Shown here piece after piece: positions 15,001 through 30,000 of a DNA stretch of 64,000 nucleotides. The position numbers and the translations under genes were made by a program. The stretch spans positions 5,146,001-5,210,000 of the forward strand of contig OZ059896.1 in NCBI GenBank assembly GCA_964057225.1, read 5' to 3'. The DNA is from Auanema rhodensis (Eukaryota > Animalia > Nematoda). The notes below the pieces were generated by a model. The model did not search any database and was not told the origin of the DNA. It worked only from the letters and a program-made list of their open reading frames with translations. Positions within the stretch are counted from its first letter, which is position 1. Every line of letters starts with the position of its first letter.

Positions 15001-18000
15001 CACATCACGTGTACATTTAATTAGCATAAATTAAAGTTCACGTAAATTTCAAAGTCATGGTTACCATGCACCAATATCAATACAAATTTGTTTTTAAACT
15101 AATATGGACATGGGGAATTTAATTTTGAAAACCGTATCTCTTTATCTTTCACGTGAAGCGAGTTACATACCTAGTGCACATCACGTGTACATTTAATTAG
15201 CATAAATTAAAGTTCACGTAAATTTCAAAGTCATGGTTACCATGAACCAATATCACAAAAAATTTGTTTTTAAACTAATATGGACATGAGGAATCTAATT
15301 TTGAAAACCGCATCTCTTTATCTTTCACGTGAAGCGAGTTACATACCTAGTGCACATCACGTGTACATTTAATTAGCATAAATTAAAGTTCACGTAAATT
15401 TCAAAGTCATGGTTACCATGAACCAATATCAATTAAAATTTGTTTTTAGACTAATATGGACATGGGGAATCTAATTTTGAAAACCGCATCTCTTAATCTT
15501 TCACGTGAAGCGAGTTACATATAAAGTGCACATCACGTGTACATTTAATTAGCATAAATTAAAGTTCACGTAAATTTCAAAGTCATGGTTACCATGCACC
15601 AATATCAATAAAAATTTGTTTTTAAACTAATATGGACATGGGGAATCTAATTTTGAAAACCGTATCTCTTTATCTTTCACGTGAAGCGAGTTACATACCT
15701 AGTGCACATCACGTGTACATTTAATTAGCATAAATTAAAGTTCACGTAAATTTCAAAGTCATGGTTACCATGAACCAATATCAATAAAAATTTGTTTTTA
15801 TACTAATATGGACATGAGGAATCTAATTTTGGAAACCACATCTCTTTATCTTTCACGTGAAGCGAGTTACATACCAAGTGCACATCACGTGTACATTTAA
15901 TTAGCATAAATTAAAGTTCACGTAAATTTCAAAGTCATGGTTACCATGCACCAATATCAATAAAAATTGGTTTTTAGACTAATATGGACATGGGGAATCT
16001 AATTTTGAAAACCGCATCTCTTTATCTTTCACGTGAAGCGAGTTACATACCAAGTGCACATCACGTGTACATTTAATTAGCATAAATTAAAGTTCACGTA
16101 AATTTCAAAGTCATGGTTACCATGAACCAATATCAATAAAAATTTGTTTTTAGACTAATATGGACATGGGGAATCTAATTTTGGAAACCGCATCTCTTTA
16201 TTTTTCACGTGAAGCGAGTTACATACCAAGTGCACATCACGTGTACATTTAATTAGCATAAATTAAAGTTCACGTAAATTTCAAAGTCATGGTTACCATG
16301 CACCAATATCAATAAAAATTTGTTTTTAGACTAATATGGACATGGGGAATCTAATTTTGAAAATCGCATCTCTTTATCTTTCACGTGAAGCGAGTTACAT
16401 ACCAAGTGCACATCACGTGTACATTTAATTAGCATAAATTAAAGTTCACGTAAATTTCAAAGTCATGGTTACCATGAACCAATATCAATAAAAATTTGTT
16501 TTTAGACTAATATGCACATGGGGAATCTAATTTTGAAAACCGCATCTCTTTATCTTTCACGTGAAGCGAGTTACATACCGAGTGCACATCACGTGTACAT
16601 TTAATTAGCATAAATTAAAGTTCACGTAAATTTCAAAGTCATGGTTACCATGAACCAATATCAATAAAAATTTGTTTTTAGACTAATATGGACATGGGGA
16701 ATCTAATTTTGGAAACCGCATCTCTTTATTTTTCACGTGAAGCGAGTTACATACCAAGTGCACATCACGTGTACATTTAATTAGCATAAATTAAAGTTCA
16801 CGTAAATTTCAAAGTCATGGTTACCATGCACCAATATCAATAAAAATTTGTTTTTAGACTAATATGGACATGGGGAATCTAATTTTGAAAATCGCATCTC
16901 TTTATCTTTCACGTGAAGCGAGTTACATACCAAGATCACATCACGTGTACATTTAATTAGCATAAATTAAAGTTCACGTAAATTCCAAAGTCATGGTTAC
17001 CATGAACCAATATCAATAAAAATTTGTTTTTAGACTAATATGGACATGGGGAATCTAATTTTGAAAATCGCATCTCTTTATCTTTCACGTGAAGCGAGTT
17101 ACATATAAAGTGCACATCACGTGTACATTTAATTAGCATAAATTAAAGTTCACGTAAATTTCAAAGTCATGGTTACCATGCACCAATATTAATAAAAATT
17201 TGTTTTTAGATTAATATGGACATGGGGAATCTAATTTTGAAAACCGCATCTCTTTATCTTTCACGTGAAGCGAGTTACATACCAAGTGCACATCACGTGT
17301 ACACTTAATTAGCATAAATTAAAGTTCACGTAAATTTCAAAGTCATGGTTACCATGCACCAATATCAATAAAAATTGGTTTTTAGACTAATATGGACATG
17401 GGGAATCTAATTTTGAAAACCGCATCTCTTTATCTTTCACGTGAAGCGAGTTACATACCAAGTGCACATCACGTGTACATTTAATTAGCATAAATTAAAG
17501 TTCACGTAAATTTCAAAGTCATGGTTACCATGAACCAATATCAATAAAAATTTGTTTTTAGACTAATATGGACATGGGGAATCTAATTTTGAAAATCGCA
17601 TCTCTTTATCTTTCACGTGAAGCGAGTTACATACCAAGTGCACATCACGTGTACATTTAATTAGCATAAATTAAAGTTCACGTAAATTTCAAAGTCATGG
17701 TTACCATGCACCAATATTAATAAAAATTTGTTTTTAGATTAATAAGGACATGGGGAATCTAATTTTGAAAACCGCATCTCTTTATCTTTCACGTGAAGCG
17801 AGTTACATACCAAGTGCACATCACGTGTACATTTAATTAGCATAAATTAAAGTTCACGTAAATTTCAAAGTCATGGTTACCATGCACCAATATCAATAAA
17901 AATTCGTTTTTAGACTAATTTGGACATGAGGAATCTAATTTTGAAAACCGCATCTCTTTATCTTTCACGTGAAGCGAGTTACATACCGAGTGCACATCAC

Positions 18001-21000
18001 GTGTACATTTAATTAGCATAAATTAAAGTTCACGTAAATTTCAAAGTCATGGTTACCATGAACCAATATCAATAAAAATTTGTTTTTAGACTAATATGGA
18101 CATGGGGAATCTAATTTTGAAAATCGCATCTCTTTATCTTTCACGTGAAGCGAGTTACATACCAAGTGCACATCACGTGTACATTTAATTAGCATAAATT
18201 AAAGTTCACGTAAATTTCAAAGTCATGGTTACCATGAACCAATATCAATAAAAATTTGTTTTTAGACTAATATGGAAATGGGGAATCTAATTTTGAAAAT
18301 CGCATCTCTTTATCTTTCACGTGAAGCGAGTTACATATAAAGTGCACATCACGTGTACATTTAATTAGCATAAATTAAAGTTCACGTAAATTTCAAAGTC
18401 ATGGTTACCATGCACCAATATTAATAAAAATTTGTTTTTAGATTAATATGGACATGGGGAATCTAATTTTGAAAACCGCATCTCTTTATCTTTCACGTGA
18501 AGCGAGTTACATACCAAGTGCACATCACGTGTACATTTAATTAGCATAAATTAAAGTTCACGTAAATTTCAAAGTCATGGTTACCATGCACCAATATCAA
18601 TAAAAATTCGTTTTTAGACTAATTTGGACATGGGGAATCTAATTTTGAAAACCGCATCTCTTTATCTTTCACGTGAAGCGAGTTACATACCGAGTGCACA
18701 TCACGTGTACATTTAATTAGCATAAATTAAAGTTCACGTAAATTTCAAAGTCATGGTTACCATGAACCAATATCAATAAAAATTTGTTTTTAGACTAATA
18801 TGGACATGGGGAATCTAATTTTGGAAACCGCATCTCTTTATTTTTCACGTGAAGCGAGTTACATACCAAGTGCACATCACGTGTACATTTAATTAGCATA
18901 AATTAAAGTTCACGTAAATTTCAAAGTCATGGTTACCATGCACCAATATCAATAAAAATTTGTTTTTAGACTAATATGGACATGGGGAATCTAATTTTGA
19001 AAATCGCATCTCTTTATCTTTCACGTGAAGCGAGTTACATACCAAGTGCACATCACGTGTACATTTAATTAGCATAAATTAAAGTTCACGTAAATTTCAA
19101 AGTCATGGTTACCATGAACCAATATCAATAAAAATTTGTTTTTAGACTAATATGGACATGGGGAATCTAATTTTGGAAACTGCATCTCTTTATTTTTCAC
19201 GTGAAGCGAGTTACATATAAAGTGCACATCACGTGTACATTTAATTAGCATAAATTAAAGTTCACGTAAATTTCAAAGTCATGGTTACCATGCACCAATA
19301 TTAATAAAAATTTGTTTTTAGATTAATATGGACATGGGGAATCTAATTTTGAAAACCGCATCTCTTTATCTTTCACGTGAAGCGAGTTACATACCAAGTG
19401 CACATCACGTGTACACTTAATTAGCATAAATTAAAGTTCACGTAAATTTCAAAGTCATGGTTACCATGCACCAATATCAATAAAAATTGGTTTTTAGACT
19501 AATATGGACATGGGGAATCTAATTTTGAAAACCGCATCTCTTTATCTTTCACGTGAAGCGAGTTACATACCAAGTGCACATCACGTGTACATTTAATTAG
19601 CATAAATTAAAGTTCACGTAAATTTCAAAGTCATGGTTACCATGAACCAATATCAATAAAAATTTGTTTTTAGACTAATATGGACATGGGGAATCTAATT
19701 TTGGAAACTGCATCTCTTTATTTTTCACGTGAAGCGAGTTACATATAAAGTGCACATCACGTGTACATTTAATTAGCATAAATTAAAGTTCACGTAAATT
19801 TCAAAGTCATGGTTACCATGCACCAATATTAATAAAAATTTGTTTTTAGATTAATATGGACATGGGGAATCTAATTTTGAAAACCGCATCTCTTTATCTT
19901 TCACGTGAAGCGAGTTACATACCAAGTGCACATCACGTGTACACTTAATTAGCATAAATTAAAGTTCACGTAAATTTCAAAGTCATGGTTACCATGCACC
20001 AATATCAATAAAAATTGGTTTTTAGACTAATATGGACATGGGGAATCTAATTTTGAAAACCGCATCTCTTTATCTTTCACGTGAAGCGAGTTACATACCA
20101 AGTGCACATCACGTGTACATTTAATTAGCATAAATTAAAGTTCACGTAAATTTCAAAGTCATGGTTACCATGAACCAATATCAATAAAAATTTGTTTTTA
20201 GACTAATATGGACATGGGGAATCTAATTTTGAAAACCGCATCTCTTTATCTTTCACGTGAAGCGAGTTACATATAAAGTGCACATCACGTGTACATTTAA
20301 TTAGCATAAATTAAAGTTCACGTAAATTTCAAAGTCATGGTTACCATGCACCAATATTAATAAAAATTTGTTTTTAGATTAATATGGACATGGGGAATCT
20401 AATTTTGGAAACCGCATCTCTTTATTTTTCACGTGAAGCGAGTTACATACCAAGTGCACATCACGTGTACATTTAATTAGCATAAATTAAAGTTCACGTA
20501 AATTTCAAAGTCATGGTTACCATGCACCAATATCAATAAAAATTTGTTTTTAGACTAATATGGACATGGGGAATCTAATTTTGAAAATCGCATCTCTTTA
20601 TCTTTCACGTGAAGCGAGTTACATACCAAGTGCACATCACGTGTACATTTAATTAGCATAAATTAAAGTTCACGTAAATTTCAAAGTCATGGTTACCATG
20701 AACCAATATCAATAAAAATTTGTTTTTAGACTAATATGGACATGGGGAATCTAATTTTGAAAATCGCATCTCTTTATCTTTCACGTGAAGCGAGTTACAT
20801 ATAAAGTGCACATCACGTGTACATTTAATTAGCATAAATTAAAGTTCACGTAAATTTCAAAGTCATGGTTACCATGCACCAATATTAATAAAAATTTGTT
20901 TTTAGACTAATATGGACATGGGGAATCTAATTTTGAAAACCGCATCTCTTTATCTTTCACGTGAAGCGAGTTACATACCAAGTGCACATCACGTGTACAT

Positions 21001-24000
21001 TTAATTAGCATAAATTAAAGTTCACGTAAATTTCAAAGTCATGGTTACCATGCACCAATATTAATAAAAATTTGTTTTTAGATTAATATGGACATGGGGA
21101 ATCTAATTTTGAAAACCGCATCTCTTTATCTTTCACGTGAAGCGAGTTACATACCGAGTGCACATCACGTGTACATTTAATTAGCATAAATTAAAGTTCA
21201 CGTAAATTTCAAAGTCATGGTTACCATGAACCAATATCAATAAAAATTTGTTTTTAGACTAATATGGACATGGGGAATCTAATTTTGAAAATCGCATCTC
21301 TTTATCTTTCACGTGAAGCGAGTTACATACCAAGTGCACATCACGTGTACATTTAATTAGCATAAATTAAAGTTCACGTAAATTTCAAAGTCATGGTTAC
21401 CATGCACCAATATCAATAAAAATTTGTTTTTAGACTAATATGGACATGGGGAATCTAATTTTGAAAATCGCATCTCTTTATCTTTCACGTGAAGCGAGTT
21501 ACATACCAAGTGCACATCACGTGTACATTTAATTAGCATAAATTAAAGTTCACGTAAATTTCAAAGTCATGGTTACCATGAACCAATATCAATAAAAATT
21601 TGTTTTTAGACTAATATGGACATGGGGAATCTAATTTTGGAAACTGCATCTCTTTATTTTTCACGTGAAGCGAGTTACATATAAAGTGCACATCACGTGT
21701 ACATTTAATTAGCATAAATTAAAGTTCACGTAAATTTCAAAGTCATGGTTACCATGCACCAATATTAATAAAAATTTGTTTTTAGATTAATATGGACATG
21801 GGGAATCTAATTTTGAAAACCGCATCTCTTTATCTTTCACGTGAAGCGAGTTACATACCAAGTGCACATCACGTGTACACTTAATTAGCATAAATTAAAG
21901 TTCACGTAAATTTCAAAGTCATGGTTACCATGCACCAATATCAATAAAAATTGGTTTTTAGACTAATATGGACATGGGGAATCTAATTTTGAAAACCGCA
22001 TCTCTTTATCTTTCACGTGAAGCGAGTTACATACCAAGTGCACATCACGTGTACATTTAATTAGCATAAATTAAAGTTCACGTAAATTTCAAAGTCATGG
22101 TTACCATGAACCAATATCAATAAAAATTTGTTTTTAGACTAATATGGACATGGGGAATCTAATTTTGGAAACTGCATCTCTTTATTTTTCACGTGAAGCG
22201 AGTTACATATAAAGTGCACATCACGTGTACATTTAATTAGCATAAATTAAAGTTCACGTAAATTTCAAAGTCATGGTTACCATGCACCAATATTAATAAA
22301 AATTTGTTTTTAGATTAATATGGACATGGGGAATCTAATTTTGAAAACCGCATCTCTTTATCTTTCACGTGAAGCGAGTTACATACCAAGTGCACATCAC
22401 GTGTACACTTAATTAGCATAAATTAAAGTTCACGTAAATTTCAAAGTCATGGTTACCATGCACCAATATCAATAAAAATTGGTTTTTAGACTAATATGGA
22501 CATGGGGAATCTAATTTTGAAAACCGCATCTCTTTATCTTTCACGTGAAGCGAGTTACATACCAAGTGCACATCACGTGTACATTTAATTAGCATAAATT
22601 AAAGTTCACGTAAATTTCAAAGTCATGGTTACCATGAACCAATATCAATAAAAATTTGTTTTTAGACTAATATGGACATGGGGAATCTTATTTTGAAAAC
22701 CGCATCTCTTTATCTTTCACGTGAAGCGAGTTACATATAAAGTGCACATCACGTGTACATTTAATTAGCATAAATTAAAGTTCACGTAAATTTCAAAGTC
22801 ATGGTTACCATGCACCAATATTAATAAAAATTTGTTTTTAGATTAATATGGACATGGGGAATCTAATTTTGGAAACCGCATCTCTTTATTTTTCACGTGA
22901 AGCGAGTTACATACCAAGTGCACATCACGTGTACATTTAATTAGCATAAATTAAAGTTCACGTAAATTTCAAAGTCATGGTTACCATGCACCAATATCAA
23001 TAAAAATTTGTTTTTAGACTAATATGGACATGGGGAATCTAATTTTGAAAATCGCATCTCTTTATCTTTCACGTGAAGCGAGTTACATACCAAGTGCACA
23101 TCACGTGTACATTTAATTAGCATAAATTAAAGTTCACGTAAATTTCAAAGTCATGGTTACCATGAACCAATATCAATAAAAATTTGTTTTTAGACTAATA
23201 TGGACATGGGGAATCTAATTTTGAAAATCGCATCTCTTTATCTTTCACGTGAAGCGAGTTACATATAAAGTGCACATCACGTGTACATTTAATTAGCATA
23301 AATTAAAGTTCACGTAAATTTCAAAGTCATGGTTACCATGCACCAATATTAATAAAAATTTGTTTTTAGACTAATATGGACATGGGGAATCTAATTTTGA
23401 AAACCGCATCTCTTTATCTTTCACGTGAAGCGAGTTACATACCAAGTGCACATCACGTGTACATTTAATTAGCATAAATTAAAGTTCACGTAAATTTCAA
23501 AGTCATGGTTACCATGCACCAATATTAATAAAAATTTGTTTTTAGATTAATATGGACATGGGGAATCTAATTTTGAAAACCGCATCTCTTTATCTTTCAC
23601 GTGAAGCGAGTTACATACCAAGTGCACATCACGTGTACATTTAATTAGCATAAATTAAAGTTCACGTAAATTTCAAAGTCATGGTTACCATGCACCAATA
23701 TCAATAAAAATTCGTTTTTAGACTAATTTGGACATGGGGAATCTAATTTTGAAAACCGCATCTCTTTATCTTTCACGTGAAGCGAGTTACATACCGAGTG
23801 CACATCACGTGTACATTTAATTAGCATAAATTAAAGTTCACGTAAATTTCAAAGTCATGGTTACCATGAACCAATATCAATAAAAATTTGTTTTTAGACT
23901 AATATGGACATGGGGAATCTAATTTTGGAAACCGCATCTCTTTATTTTTCACGTGAAGCGAGTTACATACCAAGTGCACATCACGTGTACATTTAATTAG

Positions 24001-27000
24001 CATAAATTAAAGTTCACGTAAATTTCAAAGTCATGGTTACCATGAACCAATATCAATAAAAATTTGTTTTTAGACTAATATGGACATGGGGAATCTAATT
24101 TTGAAAATCGCATCTCTTTATCTTTCACGTGAAGCGAGTTACATATAAAGTGCACATCACGTGTACATTTAATTAGCATAAATTAAAGTTCACGTAAATT
24201 TCAAAGTCATGGTTACCATGCACCAATATTAATAAAAATTTGTTTTTAGATTAATATGGACATGGGGAATCTAATTTTGGAAACCGCATCTCTTTATTTT
24301 TCACGTGAAGCGAGTTACATACCAAGTGCACATCACGTGTACATTTAATTAGCATAAATTAAAGTTCACGTAAATTTCAAAGTCATGGTTACCATGAACC
24401 AATATCAATAAAAATTTGTTTTTAGACTAATATGGACATGGGGAATCTAATTTTGAAAATCGCATCTCTTTATCTTTCACGTGAAGCGAGTTACATATAA
24501 AGTGCACATCACGTGTACATTTAATTAGCATAAATTAAAGTTCACGTAAATTTCAAAGTCATGGTTACCATGCACCAATATTAATAAAAATTTGTTTTTA
24601 TATTAATATGGACATGGGGAATCTAATTTTGAAAACCGCATCTCTTTATCTTTCACGTGAAGCGAGTTACATACCAAGTGCACATCACGTGTACACTTAA
24701 TTAGCATAAATTAAAGTTCACGTAAATTTCAAAGTCATGGTTACCATGAACCAATATCAATAAAAATTTGTTTTTAGACTAATATGGACATGGGGAATCT
24801 AATTTTGGAAACTGCATCTCTTTATTTTTCACGTGAAGCGAGTTACATATAAAGTGCACATCACGTGTACATTTAATTAGCATAAATTAAAGTTCACGTA
24901 AATTTCAAAGTCATGGTTACCATGCACCAATATTAATAAAAATTTGTTTTTAGATTAATATGGACATGGGGAATCTAATTTTGAAAACCGCATCTCTTTA
25001 TCTTTCACGTGAAGCGAGTTACATACCAAGTGCACATCACGTGTACACTTAATTAGCATAAATTAAAGTTCACGTAAATTTCAAAGTCATGGTTACCATG
25101 CACCAATATCAATAAAAATTGGTTTTTAGACTAATATGGACATGGGGAATCTAATTTTGAAAACCGCATCTCTTTATCTTTCACGTGAAGCGAGTTACAT
25201 ACCAAGTGCACATCACGTGTACATTTAATTAGCATAAATTAAAGTTCACGTAAATTTCAAAGTCATGGTTACCATGAACCAATATCAATAAAAATTTGTT
25301 TTTAGACTAATATGGACATGGGGAATCTAATTTTGAAAACCGCATCTCTTTATCTTTCACGTGAAGCGAGTTACATATAAAGTGCACATCACGTGTACAT
25401 TTAATTAGCATAAATTAAAGTTCACGTAAATTTCAAAGTCATGGTTACCATGCACCAATATTAATAAAAATTTGTTTTTAGATTAATATGGACATGGGGA
25501 ATCTAATTTTGGAAACCGCATCTCTTTATTTTTCACGTGAAGCGAGTTACATACCAAGTGCACATCACGTGTACATTTAATTAGCATAAATTAAAGTTCA
25601 CGTAAATTTCAAAGTCATGGTTACCATGCACCAATATCAATAAAAATTTGTTTTTAGACTAATATGGACATGGGGAATCTAATTTTGAAAATCGCATCTC
25701 TTTATCTTTCACGTGAAGCGAGTTACATACCAAGTGCACATCACGTGTACATTTAATTAGCATAAATTAAAGTTCACGTAAATTTCAAAGTCATGGTTAC
25801 CATGAACCAATATCAATAAAAATTTGTTTTTAGACTAATATGGACATGGGGAATCTAATTTTGAAAATCGCATCTCTTTATCTTTCACGTGAAGCGAGTT
25901 ACATATAAAGTGCACATCACGTGTACATTTAATTAGCATAAATTAAAGTTCACGTAAATTTCAAAGTCATGGTTACCATGCACCAATATTAATAAAAATT
26001 TGTTTTTAGACTAATATGGACATGGGGAATCTAATTTTGAAAACCGCATCTCTTTATCTTTCACGTGAAGCGAGTTACATACCAAGTGCACATCACGTGT
26101 ACATTTAATTAGCATAAATTAAAGTTCACGTAAATTTCAAAGTCATGGTTACCATGCACCAATATTAATAAAAATTTGTTTTTAGATTAATATGGACATG
26201 GGGAATCTAATTTTGAAAACCGCATCTCTTTATCTTTCACGTGAAGCGAGTTACATACCAAGTGCACATCACGTGTACATTTAATTAGCATAAATTAAAG
26301 TTCACGTAAATTTCAAAGTCATGGTTACCATGCACCAATATCAATAAAAATTCGTTTTTAGACTAATTTGGACATGGGGAATCTAATTTTGAAAACCGCA
26401 TCTCTTTATCTTTCACGTGAAGCGAGTTACATACCGAGTGCACATCACGTGTACATTTAATTAGCATAAATTAAAGTTCACGTAAATTTCAAAGTCATGG
26501 TTACCATGAACCAATATCAATAAAAATTTGTTTTTAGACTAATATGGACATGGGGAATCTAATTTTGGAAACCGCATCTCTTTATTTTTCACGTGAAGCG
26601 AGTTACATACCAAGTGCACATCACGTGTACATTTAATTAGCATAAATTAAAGTTCACGTAAATTTCAAAGTCATGGTTACCATGAACCAATATCAATAAA
26701 AATTTGTTTTTAGACTAATATGGACATGGGGAATCTAATTTTGAAAATCGCATCTCTTTATCTTTCACGTGAAGCGAGTTACATATAAAGTGCACATCAC
26801 GTGTACATTTAATTAGCATAAATTAAAGTTCACGTAAATTTCAAAGTCATGGTTACCATGCACCAATATTAATAAAAATTTGTTTTTAGATTAATATGGA
26901 CATGGGGAATCTAATTTTGGAAACCGCATCTCTTTATTTTTCACGTGAAGCGAGTTACATACCAAGTGCACATCACGTGTACATTTAATTAGCATAAATT

Positions 27001-30000
27001 AAAGTTCACGTAAATTTCAAAGTCATGGTTACCATGCACCAATATCAATAAAAATTGGTTTTTAGACTAATATGGACATGGGGAATCTAATTTTGAAAAT
27101 CGCATCTCTTTATCTTTCACGTGAAGCGAGTTACATATAAAGTGCACATCACGTGTACATTTAATTAGCATAAATTAAAGTTCACGTAAATTTCAAAGTC
27201 ATGGTTACCATGCACCAATATTAATAAAAATTTGTTTTTATATTAATATGGACATGGGGAATCTAATTTTGAAAACCGCATCTCTTTATCTTTCACGTGA
27301 AGCGAGTTACATACCAAGTGCACATCACGTGTACACTTAATTAGCATAAATTAAAGTTCACGTAAATTTCAAAGTCATGGTTACCATGCACCAATATCAA
27401 TAAAAATTGGTTTTTAGACTAATATGGACATGGGGAATCTAATTTTGAAAACCGCATCTCTTTATCTTTCACGTGAAGCGAGTTACATACCAAGTGCACA
27501 TCACGTGTACATTTAATTAGCATAAATTAAAGTTCACGTAAATTTCAAAGTCATGGTTACCATGCACCAATATTAATAAAAATTTGTTTTTAGATTAATA
27601 TGGACATGGGGAATCTAATTTTGAAAACCGCATCTCTTTATCTTTCACGTGAAGCGAGTTACATACCAAGTGCACATCACGTGTACACTTAATTAGCATA
27701 AATTAAAGTTCACGTAAATTTCAAAGTCATGGTTACCATGCACCAATATCAATAAAAATTTGTTTTTAGACTAATTTGGACATGGGGAATCTAATTTTGA
27801 AAACCGCATCTCTTTATCTTTCACGTGAAGCGAGTTACATACCAAGTGCACATCACGTGTACATTTAATTAGCATAAATTAAAGTTCACATAAATTTCAA
27901 AGTCATGGTTACCATGAACCAATATCAATAAAAATTTGTTTTAAGACTAATATGGACATGGGGAATCTAATTTTGGAAACCGCATCTCTTTATTTTTCAC
28001 GTGAAGCGAGTTACATACCAAGTGCACATCACGTGTACATTTAATTAGCATAAATTAAAGTTCACGTAAATTTCAAAGTCATGGTTACCATGCACCAATA
28101 TCAATAAAAATTTGTTTTTAGACTAATATGGACATGGGGAATCTAATTTTGAAAATCGCATCTCTTTATCTTTCACGTGAAGCGAGTTACATACCAAGTG
28201 CACATCACGTGTACATTTAATTAGCATAAATTAAAGTTCACGTAAATTTCAAAGTCATGGTTACCATGCACCAATATCAATAAAAATTTGTTTTTAGACT
28301 AATATGGACATGGGGAATCTAATTTTGAAAATCGCATCTCTTTATCTTTCACGTGAAGCGAGTTACATACCAAGTGCACATCACGTGTACATTTAATTAG
28401 CATAAATTAATGTTCACGTAAATTTCAAAGTCATGGTTACCATGAACCAATATCAATAAAAATTTGTTTTTAGACTAATATGGACATGGGGAATCTAATT
28501 TTGAAAACCGCATCTCTTTATCTTTCACGTGAAGCGAGTTACATATAAAGTGCACATCACGTGTACACTTAATTAGCATAAATTAAAGTTCACGTAAATT
28601 TCAAAGTCATGGTTACCATGCACCAATATCAATAAAAATTGGTTTTTAGACTAATATGGACATGGGGAATCTAATTTTGAAAACCGCATCTCTTTATCTT
28701 TCACGTGAAGCGAGTTACATACCAAGTGCACATCACGTGTACATTTAATTAGCATAAATTAAAGTTCACGTAAATTTCAAAGTCATGGTTACCATGCACC
28801 AATATTAATAAAAATTTGTTTTTAGATTAATATGGACATGGGGAATCTAATTTTGAAAACCGCATCTCTTTATCTTTCACGTGAAGCGAGTTACATACCA
28901 AGTGCACATCACGTGTACACTTAATTAGCATAAATTAAAGTTCACGTAAATTTCAAAGTCATGGTTACCATGCACCAATATCAATAAAAATTTGTTTTTA
29001 GACTAATTTGGACATGGGGAATCTAATTTTGAAAACCGCATCTCTTTATCTTTCACGTGAAGCGAGTTACATACCAAGTGCACATCACGTGTACACTTAA
29101 TTAGCATAAATTAAAGTTCACGTAAATTTCAAAGTCATGGTTACCATGCACCAATATTAATAAAAATTTGTTTTTAGATTAATATGGACATGGGGAATCT
29201 AATTTTGAAAACCGCATCTCTTTATCTTTCACGTGAAGCGAGTTACATACCAAGTGCACATCACGTGTACATTTAATTAGCATAAATTAAAGTTCACGTA
29301 AATTTCAAAGTCATGGTTACCATGCACCAATATCAATAAAAATTCGTTTTTAGACTAATTTGGACATGGGGAATCTAATTTTGAAAACCGCATCTCTTTA
29401 TCTTTCACGTGAAGCGAGTTACATACCGAGTGCACATCACGTGTACATTTAATTAGCATAAATTAAAGTTCACGTAAATTTCAAAGTCATGGTTACCATG
29501 AACCAATATCAATAAAAATTTGTTTTTAGACTAATATGGACATGGGGAATCTAATTTTGGAAACCGCATCTCTTTATTTTTCACGTGAAGCGAGTTACAT
29601 ACCAAGTGCACATCACGTGTACATTTAATTAGCATAAATTAAAGTTCACGTAAATTTCAAAGTCATGGTTACCATGAACCAATATCAATAAAAATTTGTT
29701 TTTAGACTAATATGGACATGGGGAATCTAATTTTGAAAATCGCATCTCTTTATCTTTCACGTGAAGCGAGTTACATATAAAGTGCACATCACGTGTACAT
29801 TTAATTAGCATAAATTAAAGTTCACGTAAATTTCAAAGTCATGGTTACCATGCACCAATATTAATAAAAATTTGTTTTTAGATTAATATGGACATGGGGA
29901 ATCTAATTTTGGAAACCGCATCTCTTTATTTTTCACGTGAAGCGAGTTACATACCAAGTGCACATCACGTGTACATTTAATTAGCATAAATTAAAGTTCA

